In this document: piece after piece, positions 19,825 through 31,800 of the stretch
How the letters are laid out: every line of letters starts with the position of its first letter
How positions within the stretch are numbered: the stretch's first letter is position 1
Assembly (NCBI RefSeq): GCF_001194135.2
Contig: NC_068983.1
Location: 123,255,117 to 123,295,219 of the forward strand
Source of the DNA: Octopus bimaculoides
Taxonomy: Eukaryota
Reading direction: 5' to 3'
DNA: 40,103 nt
Notes under the pieces: generated by a model
What the model was told of the DNA's origin: nothing
The model's database searches: none
Seen by the model: only the letters and a program-made list of their open reading frames with translations
Translations under genes and position numbers: made by a program

Positions 19825-22800
19825 CTATACGAAGAAGAAAGGGAAAAAAATCATTTAGAAATTATCATAAAAACACACACATACATACACCATCACTCCA
19901 ATGAGAAAAAGAAGTAAACCCAACTATTCCTTTAAATTAACAAAACCATTTACCTAATTTTTGTTAATCAAAAATTTTAATGATTTAACATGTCTGTCTT
20001 GGATTGTGGATTTAGCAAATGTTAGCTACCAGAATGAAAAATATAAAGATCAATACTAAAAAATGTTTTCTGAAACATCCAGCCTATTAGAAAAATCAGC
20101 AGAAGCAAGAATATTTTAATAGAACACTTACTGATTCTTCAGGTGACAACACTTGATATCTTTGACTAAAATGTGTTAGAACTAAATGCGATGCACCAAG
20201 TTCTAAAGCCAACTGACCAACTTGGCCTGTTAAAATTTGAAAAATAAATGATTTCATTGTTTTAATTGTTACATTACGAACAGACGTAAGAATAATAATA
20301 AGAATTTGCGTGTGCGTGTGTGTCATCATCATCATTATTTAACATCAGTTTTCTCTGCTGACATGGGTTGGACAGCTTGACAAGAGCTGTCAAGGCTGGT
20401 TCCTCTGTTGGTTTGATATTTAATGATATGGTAGAAAATGGAATAGAAAGGGTCTCAGATATTTTCCTGTAACTTTTACCTGCTTTCCACTGTTCAATAA
20501 TTAAGTTTTTCACTGAATTTGTGAGTTCTTTACTTTTCGCCATTATTATGACACTACTTTATGTTGTCTCAGTGCTGAATGAAGAAGCTAGCGTTTTGAC
20601 ACTTAAAAATGACCACTGATGAGATTATTGGAACAAACGAGAAAGTTCTAGTAGAAAAAAAATTATTTTAACAGTATTTTGTGGCATAGAAACTCATAAA
20701 TTTATTCTGTACAAATACTTTTTTCACCCCTAAATATTTATAATTGTATATAAATTCATTAGTTACTATAATTTATTAGTTTCTTTTGCATATTCTTAGT
20801 TTATGTATGTGTATACAAATATAGTATTGGTATATCCCATTTATGTTCATTAGAAATTAGATAAATAAAGAATTTTGACGAATATTTATTTCCCCCCACT
20901 GTATATATATATACACACACACATATGCACATAAATATACACACAAACACACACATATACAGGTCATGATTATTTCTTATGCTTGCACAAGGCCATAACT
21001 TTTTAAGATTAGACTTATACTGTCATTGATATTGTGCCATGCCCCAGCAAAGACAACCTTGACCAGCTCAATCCATATAGCTATGAATATGTTGTTCAGA
21101 CATGATTCAGTCAACCTATAATCAAAGGCAGTTTGACCACGACCATCCTGTCTTTCATTCACTGTTTCTTTCCTGCTTTAAGATAGTAGGGAAAATTTGG
21201 CTACCATTTCTAGTCAGTAGGACAACTACATAGAGACTGTCTCATCTTTAAGTCAGTACCATAGGGAGGTGAAGTACATAGCCATTAGCTACTAAACAGT
21301 TATTGAAGCAAAATTGCTAGCTTCTAGTGCTGAGCTAAAATTAACAAGGATGTCTACCTTAAAAATTCAAAAAGTAAAATTAGCGTTTATTCATCAACTG
21401 AAGGGATTCTATATATTTTCCCTCAGCCCCATTTAGCAAATGCTAAACAAAATGACTGTGGCTTCACAAAAACATTAATTTCTCTTCATTAACAATAGCT
21501 GACTAAATTCATATTTTTAAAATAGTCATTGTTTTAGAGATAGGAGCTTCTAAAATTAGAACAACTATAAATATTATTAAAAAAAGAGATTTCTTTCATC
21601 ATGCAGAGTGCAAACAAAAGGTTGTGAGCTTGATGATTTAAATATATGGTTGTGAAACATGGGAGAAGATGTAAAGAGGTAAGTTAAGGGTACTCTCGGC
21701 AGGAGAGACAAATACTTTGGTATAAAGATATAATACAAACAGATGAAGCATGGGAAGTGAATGTAAGAGGGATGTTGGCAGGTGTTGAATGTACCTCTGG
21801 TAAAAATAAACAAAAGAAGTCAGTAAAAGTAAACAAAAGAAGTTTTTGTTAACATATACAAGAGAAGTATCAACAGACTGACACAAATGTAGAAATGAGA
21901 TGTTGTAAACATATCAAAGTATGGAAAACTGGATGTTATAAAGATGATGATGATAAAGAAAACTGTAACCAAAAACAAATATAATCTGCAGTTTTCAATT
22001 TAGTCGCATGAAATTCAAAAGTTTGATTACTAACTTGGTGTGGAATGGCCATTTTGTAAGGCTTGCTCAAACATGTTATCACTAAGAGTAGCTTCATGAA
22101 CCAGAAGGTGACAATTTTGACCAATTTTCAGTAGTTCTTTAGAATCACATGAATCTCCAGCAATCACTACTTTCCGACCTTTAATAGGTGGTCCAAGTAC
22201 ATCCTCTGGACAAATCTGCAGCAAGACATAAGAATAACCATATTTCTTTAATATTGAGATAATGTCAATTGAATAATAATGCAGAAGTGCTTAAAGAAAT
22301 TATCTTTATATTTTTGTTACTGTTTTATATCTACTTTTCTCCATGTCTATAAAAAGTTTTTCAGTAAGATAGTAACCTCTTAGCATCAGAAAGTATTTAT
22401 CATACTAATAACTACTCAACTGTGAAACAGAAATAGAAACTGTTGTTTTTTGTTTTTTTCTTTCAGCAAGCAGAATTACGTATTTTATGCAATGAGATTT
22501 TAAGTCATGACAATGTAGTCCAGCCAGTGTACATCAAATATTCTACTTTAGATATTCCTATATTATTGCAATCACTGTCTGAGAAGCATTAAGGAAAGAC
22601 TTCATCAGACATTTTCATACTTGATTAAATACAAAATATGCCTTTTATATTTTTCACAGGTTTATTAACATCTTAAAAGATAAAACCATCTCAATATTAA
22701 GGTATCAACAAGTCATTAAGTGATGATGTTATCAAATAGTTAATAACTGATCTGGTGCAGCTACAATTAATAGTTTGTATCATTGTACAATTCATAATGA

Positions 22801-25800
22801 AAATATAGGACTAGAGGGACTGACGGTAGAGTCTTAGATGTTTTTCTCAGTGTTGCAGTGTCTTGTAAATGATGAAAGGGATATTATTTTGTTAATAGAG
22901 AGTTTTAAAACAGCCACTTCAAGCTAATGAAATACTCATCAGTTATACAAAGCTTGAAGGCGGCAAGCTAGCACACAAGGCAAAATGCGTAGTTGCATTT
23001 TGTCTGTCTTTATGCTTTGAGTTCAAATTCTGCCAAGGCTGGTTTTGCCTTTCATCATTTCAGGGTCAATAAAATAAGTACCAGTTAAACACGAGGGTCG
23101 ATGTAATCAACTTAACCCTTGCCCGAACTTGCTGGCCATGTGCCAATATTTGAAATCAATTATACAAAGCTTAAATTTTTTTATATTTTATCAACTAGGT
23201 CTGAAGGAAGAGATAGCGACCTTAACCTTCACAAACCTTCCAAGACTAGTGAAATCGATGTAGTTAAGGTTCTGCTTAACTGCAAAGGAGGGATCTCAGA
23301 GAATTGATATTCTGATGAAGAGGAAATGAGTGTAATAGTTAGTGTGGGGTTTTGGTGGTCGGACACAACATGATGATGAGAAGAGGAAAGACAAATGAGT
23401 CAGGTGTGCCTGAATGAAGGTGCCATGAGAACAGCCACTCTAAGGAGTAGAGGCCATTATAGTAGAAGTAGAAAAGGAAGAGAAACGAGATGGCACGTCT
23501 GTAGGCTAGAAAATGAAGTGTTTCCATAAGGGGAGTGACTTATGCCAATCAGCCTTTCTCGGGTTGTTGTCTAGAATGAGTGTTGTAGCAGCATAGAACA
23601 TGGAGCATTGGGGGGAGGGGGCGGTGTCTTACATGAACTCAGTACAAGGTTAGAAGTTGCTGGGAGCTGAAGTATTTTCTGGCTCAGAAAATAAGGGTCA
23701 GTCTTTGAGATGTAATCTTAGATGTTAAGAAATGTGCATTCACTGGGTGAGACCATCAGTGATAGTGAAGCCTAGCATTTGGAGCAATCACACCTGTTAA
23801 TGGTACCTATATATAACTAGGTGATTTGAGCTATTGAGAATTTAGATTTACAGGAAATATAGCACAGCATTAGTGGCAAAAAGAAACATTGGCAATTAGA
23901 TTTACTTGATCTAGTAATCCATAATCCTATCAATACCATCAGATGAAGTTCTCAACTAGCATTAAAATCTGAACAAACACAAAATAACTGTTCTGTATCT
24001 CAAGAATAAAAATGTTATAGATTCATGGATCACTGTTACTACTAATCAAAATGGTTTAAAGAATGGTCCTTAAACATTGTTATGAGTAAAATAACTATAA
24101 ATCATATAGTTCATGTGATGAAATAAAGAAAACTGACCACTTCCCCAGAAGGAGATGTAATTTTCATTCCAGATTTTAGTTCTTTGTATAATGGCCCAGG
24201 AGGAATTCCTTTGTCAGATAAGAATTGAGCATTTAATCTGGAGAAATAATGTAAAAACCAAGTAGGTATCATTAACAAGATATGCTGATTAAAATAATTT
24301 CAATTTTAATTTTAATGTTAGATATCCAATCAGACCATTTTAGTTAATTTATATTTCCTTATGAGTGATGAAGAAATGTTGGAAACACAAATTTAAATAT
24401 TTCTATTAATATTTTATTGAAAGAGGAGGAGAGGGAACTGAAACTTAAGATCCTAGTTTAATAAATATATTTTATATCAAGAGATTTAGACCTAAGGAAA
24501 TTAAATTTCAATTTAGAGTAGTTTTCTACACGAGAGGCTTATCTTTTAGCTATTATGGATCTATACATGGTAGTATTCTACCACCATGTTACATTTAGTG
24601 TAGCTGCCTTGCTTCAGCTACAGATCTGGTTTATATTTTCAGTAGATTATCTTGTAGAAAGTGTCAGTTGTCCTCCAAATTATAGATCTTTATCTCCTCT
24701 TTCTTTTCTTCATATGCATCATCTAGAATTGTTCTGAACTTAGCAAAAGGATGCTTCAGCTTCCAGACCATCCTACTCCAAAATGTCTTCTGTCTTTCAG
24801 TTTGCCAAACCCTTATTCTAAAGTCACCAATCAATAACCTATATTGGGTAATACATTCATCACCAGTAAAAGACTTTGTTTTTATAACCTTTCATCTATC
24901 CCATTTCCAAATGAGAATGAAACCTATCTGGCTTGCAAGTTTGACAAAAGTTGATCAAGTGACTGGTTAGTTACCTTAAGTTTGTGTTGCAAATGCTAGT
25001 TCATTTGCATCACAGAACTCCAAAGGTTTCAGTCCCTCCTCATTCATAGAACTATATCCATGACTATCATGTACTTCACAGTAGCTATCATGGTGTTATA
25101 GTGTTGCTCAGCATGTTCACAAACGTCACCAATCATAACAATATTATCATTTTCATTTGTTATTGAGATAGTTAGCAAGAAAGCCTTGTAGAGGCAGCTC
25201 TTTTTTTCATTAGTCAATGCCAATTGTTGTGTGTGAACTAACAGTTGCTATTGCTTTGCCTACAACTAGTCTGGACTCAATTATCCTGTCACATAGTCTG
25301 GTTACAGCAAGTACATTAACTATTTTTCAATTACAAGTATGCCTACACCACCCGAACCAGTATTATTACCTACCCAAAAGACTTTGTATTGATATTTTTG
25401 TCTGTGAGGAGTCTGATTGAGGTTCCCCTCCATCTTACCTCTTGTACACACCATACATTTACTCACTTCTACTCTAATACCTCTATAATCCCACCTTCCA
25501 TTGTATCAATATTAACAGTAGTTTTTTTACCTGACAAAACTAAGATCTCCTGTGGAGGAAGTGTGGATGCTAGAGATCTCTTTCCTGCATCTGAAAGGGA
25601 ATGGGCACTCTCTTGATGATAATCCAAGGTTTCTCACATGGCCAGGTATACTCTACCTCACAGTATACTGTCAATATTCCTGACCACTGATACTGTTATA
25701 TATAATAAAGAAACAAACTATGAAAGACAAATCTACCTGCTTACCATCTGAAGATCTTTCCAGATATCAAAGCCTCAATACACATTTGTGTATCATCAGC

Positions 25801-28800
25801 CACAGCAAACGAGTTCCATCCTGAAATGGATTTCCATAAGTGGACTGTCTAACCAGCAAAACTATACCTTTTATAAGTGAAATAGTAGATGCTCCAGTTT
25901 GATCTCATGTAGATTTCACTACCTCTGTTCAACCTTACTAGACAGTGTAAATAACATAGCATTTAAATTATCTCATTAACTATGCCTATGAATATCTTAG
26001 CTAAGAAATGAGCTGCTTGACAATGTCATAATACTTACTTGCCAGGCAATGGCTTCTCTTCTATAACAAAAGCAAAAGATGGAATTCTATGTTTCAGAGA
26101 AACTGCTTTAACAAAAGCGGTTTCATTTTCAAAGCTGAAAAAAAAAAAAAAAAGAATAGATATAATACAATCTTAAGAGTTTATTCAGGTTTGAATGCTT
26201 TAAGAATTGTCTTACTCACGGCATATGGCTGTCATACAAGTTGCTAAGTAGCAGGGAACTTACAATAAATAATGTGACTAAAGGAAAATAACTCAGGGTA
26301 GTGTTCTGCATATTAAATAGAAATATGGTAGGATTTCGCATATGTAATATAGTGAGCTGAAAAATTTTAAGCCAGACAATTAGCAGACAAAACTCCTACA
26401 AAGAATGTTTAAAAAGTTTTTTAAAAACGAGCAAGGGAGATAATTCCAAGAAGATCAATTTAACAAAACGAGCAAGGGAGATAATTCTAAAAAGCTCAAT
26501 TCCAAGATCGATTAAACAAAACTTTTGGACAATGTAGACTATGTAGGTTGGATGAGATCTAGTCTTTAATGCCAACTGTTGAAAACGACAGATAAGTGCT
26601 TAAAGAAAAGGGTGACGTTGTAATGATACGAAACTAAATGTACTTCACATTGTTAAATATGTTGTTGTGGATAAAAGGTGGTCAGCTCAGTGGCTGAGAG
26701 TAACGGAAGTTGAATAGACAACTAACCATTCTGCATCACGTTATTGTAGTGCTTGCATGATACAATACATGTAATCCTGACTTTCTAGATATAGCAATCA
26801 AATCTCCCACTTATCATACCCTATCGTCTAAAAAGGGAAAGAACACAGAAGTATGAAAGAAAGAGATGGTCATGACAGGAAAATCTTTATTTTTTGTTTA
26901 AGTACTAAGAGAAGGAAGGGCTAATTTGCAGAGCCTCCAAGTGTGGTAAGAGGAATGAATGAAGTTATTCTCAAACTGAAGACCTAGCTTGAATGCATGC
27001 AACAGAATGGATTCCAATAAGGCACTGAAGTGCCCAGTGACTGTGTTAAAAAGTTATTCGAACAAGATTCCACACAGTTTCCACCAACAAGACTTCCCTC
27101 AAAAGCTGAGGTTAAGGTAGAAAGCACTTGCCCAGAGATCCATACAATGCGATGAACCTGATACCACATAGTGGTGAGGTGATCACAGCCATAATCTACT
27201 CAATCAAAGTTGATCTAGAGTTAAACAATAACAAAATATAATAAATGTTTAAACTTACAGACTCCATATTTGGTTGCTATTGGGATAGATGAGACTCTTC
27301 GGGTTCTCATTTGGATGAGATTTTTCTGACAGTGAAGAATGGTCCACAACCCAGTCCTGACAGGAAAGAACTATTATAAGTGAAAAAGAAACAATACAGC
27401 ACAGAAAATACACTGCTCACAACTCTCATTCTCAAAATATCACAGCATTTAATTTTCTTTTCTGATAAAACAGAAGTATTGCATCTGTATATGGTAGTAA
27501 ATAAAACCAGATTCTATGTCCGACTTAGAATCATTTGTCACTTTATTATTCAACTTGTATGTTTTTCTGTGTAGGTATGTAATGTTGTCATTGCTTGCAA
27601 TGAAGGTGTCACACAATTAATGAAATTCACATGTGTCATGGAGAGAGACACATGGGGTGGCCAAAGCATCATGGTTTTGGGTGCTATAGACCTGAATCAG
27701 AGAACTGGGCCCCATGTGTTCCAAAATGTTGGTGCAGGCAGATGGAATGGCATCACAATGCAGCACTACATTGACCAGATCCTAAGACCTCACATCATGC
27801 CCTTCTTTGTGTGTCACCTTAACATGTTCCAGCAGGACAATGCTCCCTCCTGTACCATGGACTTCTTGCATCAGCACAACATCTGAACCATGTCATGGCT
27901 GGCTCTCAGCCTGGATTTGAATCCAATTGAACAACTGTGGGATGAAATCCAGTGATGGCAAGGCCAACAACTCATGTAGAACTGGAGGCAGATTTCCTCA
28001 GGGTTTGGACACAGGTGCCAATGGCTTTTGTGAATTGCCTCATGTATGACTGTTTTGAAAACCCAGGGAGGGCATACACGGTATTAAACATGCCATACTC
28101 TCCAATTTCGATGTGCTGGATCTGCCCACTACCAGAACAAATGACAACAACCCATAGACTGTGGTCAAAGTGCATCCAAGAAATTGACTCTATCAGATTT
28201 ATCAAATTTTACCTCTGACATAATGAATTAAAACATATTTCACAGTCACGCATGACTCGCATTTCCTTTGTGGTTCAGTGTACATGAGTTGACCATTTTG
28301 TAAAAACCTTCAATTGGTTCTGTATGGACATGTGATGTTACCCTGCTAACTTCCTAAATGCTCTGTGAGGTCATGATGGATGGTATGATCAAGTTGAGCA
28401 AAACCAAACAAGCTCAACCAGATGTGTGTGTGGTGGGGAGGTAGTATATCTATTTAGATAAGTAGACAAACTCAGTACACAACTAGTTGCACATGCATTC
28501 ATTGACATTAACACACATTTCATACTATAATAAATTAACTAAAGATTTTTACCTTCAAATCTTCAGCTAACTGGTTTTCAAGTACTTTAAGCTCACATAC
28601 AGTAAAGTTGAACTCTAACAAAGATCGAGACAGATTTAGGCAAGTTCGAATGTATTTACACAAGCCCTCAGGTCCATAGATTTCAACAGGTGCTTTACGG
28701 GCATTATTCATACTAATGGTACATAGCAGGCCTGGAAGTCCAAACAGCTGAAAATTAATAAAATGTTATATACTCATTACAATACAATTCTGGTTTCTAA

Positions 28801-31800
28801 CATAAGACATAAGGCCACAAACATTTTAGGGAAAGGTATAGTCAATTATACAGACCCTGTACACAGCTGGAAGATTATTTTATCAACAGCAGAAGAATGA
28901 AAACCAAAGTTAAATTCAGAAGGATTTGAATTCAGAATGTAAAGGTAAATAACTAAATATTTCAAAGTATTTTGACAAGAGCACTATGGATTCTGCCAAA
29001 CTGCCTCCTACCAAACTCTGCTTCTACTAAACCACCATCCTTAAAATATGATTATCAATGTTGTTTATTTTTAGAAATCAGTTACCACATATCTCATAAA
29101 TAAGCTGCAAATTTTATTCAAAAGAAGCCACAAAAAGTCACTTGCAACTTATCTACCAAACCCTGATCTAGATTTGAAATTAAGAGTAAGCAGTTGCACA
29201 AGCATGCATGTACACACACACACATCATTGTTATTTAGTTCCCACTGAGAACTGATCAACCATTTTGATATCAAAAGGACTAAGACTACCTCTGGTTCTA
29301 TGATACAACTTTCCTGTTTTAAATTGATCTAAATTAAAATTTTATGTTGACTTATGTCCCAAAAATCAGCTTAATAATGACAAAGTTAATTTACTAAATA
29401 CTTTGTTATTTTCCACATTAAATGAAATAAAAGCAGTGTATTTCAACAGAAATGTAGTAACCAAAGTGTTAAGAATCTGATTCTTTTGGAGATCAAAAAC
29501 TACACTGTCCAATGAGTCTCCTGTTTTTACGACTGTAAGTAAGATCTGAAGAGATTCAATTGCTGTTTCTAACAGATGAAGTAGGTGGGTGCATCAGCAA
29601 AGGATAATGGTTTCAAAGCATCAACATGGTGATGCATGGTGATACAATGGTGATGTATGTTTAGAAATTTTATATGCAATGCAGTTTCTATAATTTTCTA
29701 ATGTTAGGTCTAAAGTTAGACATGCATAACATGTGAAGTTAGTGCATCATAGTTATAAAACTTCCAAAATAGTACAAAATGTGCAAACATACTCTCAAAA
29801 ATATTAAAAAATTTTGTTAGTCCTGCCAGCAATAGTTAATAAGTAGGTAATAAGTTGTTTAAACATTATATATGTGTGTTTCAAAATACTTGTCAATTTT
29901 AGAGTGCTGTTGTAGTAGAATGCCCAAAATTATGATTGTTATTATTAGAAGAAATATTAATATTGTTAAACATAATACCTTATGTTCTGAGTTCCGACCT
30001 TGCCAAACTCAACTTTGCCTTTCAACCAGAATCAATAGCTCACTGGTCAAAATGCTTAGTGACATTTTGTCCATCTTTATGTTCTGAGTTCCAGTTCTGT
30101 CAAGATCAATTTTGCCTTTTATCCTTTTTGGGGTTGATAAAATAAGTACTAGTTGAACACTGGGGTCAATGTAATTGACTTACAACCTTCCCTGAAATTG
30201 CTGGCCTTGTGTCATAATTTGAAACCAATATAATGATTTAACTATAAGCTGTATACCCTTCTTACTGCAAACCTCTTAAATGAGGTATTACTTCAGCTTA
30301 TGAATGTGGCCCAGTATATTAGTCTGACCCTCATAGTGCCCTCGGGTAACTAAATTTCTAACAAAAATAAATACAATGACTGTTTAGACTTCAAACTATG
30401 CTGCAGGCATTGAGTTGTTCCCAAAAATAAAACAAGTAAGTCTACTTCAATCTCCTTAATTGAGAAATAGGTTCAACTCTTACTTTATGATTATATAAAT
30501 ATAAAAGATCAAATTAACTACCAATTTATATGATGTTAGTTCAAATCTACTGCAAGTATTTTGCTGTTTCTGGGCAGGTTACTTTATTCTGTGTGCCTAA
30601 ATTCACCTAACTTTCAGAAATAAGAATTATAATCCTCAATGAACATGACCAAGAATGGCATTCTTTCTTAGCTCCCAGAAGTAATGTAAAATATAATGTT
30701 GTGTCTATAAAACAAAATATCTGGTGTGGATTATAAATTGTTTTCTATGAAACAGTCTTTACCCTCTCTCTCTCCATGAAGCCTTTTTTTGCATCAATAC
30801 GCCAAAACATTTGACACTAAACAATTAGTAGTAAATTTAGTAGTAAATGAGAAACACAAAGCGGAATGACTCACTTCAGTGAAAAAAACAATTAGCCACA
30901 GCTGTCACTCAGATGCACATATGACTTGGTAGCATGGTATCAGGTTTTCATTTATTGTTTTAGGTGCTCATGTACTTGCAAGCAGACAGACATACTCTCT
31001 TGGTACTCTCAACCTTGACACAGCAGAACATCCAGTGACAGGTGGCGGGAAAGAAAATTACACCAGCAACTGGCTGGTATTCATTACAGATTGGAGCAAT
31101 GTAAAATGAAAAGCCCTGCTCAAGGATGCACCATGTTTCCCAGTCTCAGAATTGAACCTATGACCCCATGATTGAGAGACCAACACCTTAACCATAAACT
31201 GAAGTGAGTTTGCTAGATAAATGTTGAGTTCAGGCCTCCCTGTGGTCAAATGTGCCAACTACACAACTCTAGACAAGCCAACAAGAAGAGCATCTGAGTG
31301 ATTACTCAGTCTACTAAAAATATCAGCCAAGTTTCTTTCAAACAACTGATTGGATAATGTAATTCTATACTGATGCTCACAGTTTGAGTAGCTGAGTATT
31401 AATCAAGGCTGACTTTGAGCTAAACAACAACACAACTTTCATTTCAATTTTTTAAGAGAAAAAAAATCAAATTCTTTCTACCTCTGATTTCTTGCCATAA
31501 TTAGAATGAAAATGGGCCATGCAAGGCTGATCTACTCTCATTACATCACTTGAGGACTTTTCTCATGACTCAATAACCAATCAGAAGTTACAGGACAGAT
31601 ATTCATAATAAGCAAATCAAAATGAAAATATGATGGTTTATAGAAAAACAACAATTAAAAAACTGACTTACATGATCCCCATGGAGATGAGAAATAAATA
31701 TTTTTGAAATTTTTCCAGGTTTCACACAACTTTTCATTAACTGAGTTTGGGAACCTTCTCCACAGTCAAAAACCCAACTATCTCCATCTGATGATGATAA

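Noticed and set aside
26424-26510. CRISPR-like repeat
   Set aside because: Only two units, eukaryotic context, no cas genes.
28553-28600. Shorter ELAC1 exon 3 ending at the gtatgt donor
   Set aside because: Both donors are phase 0, but VCELK..AEDLK aligns with vertebrate VHEL..AEELK; kept only as a possible minor isoform.
30405-30440. Minus-strand LFLGTTQC resembling the ELAC1 N-terminal FLGT motif
   Set aside because: It lies inside intron 2, lacks the AYPSP..RG continuation, and the true exon 1 is at 34704-34788.
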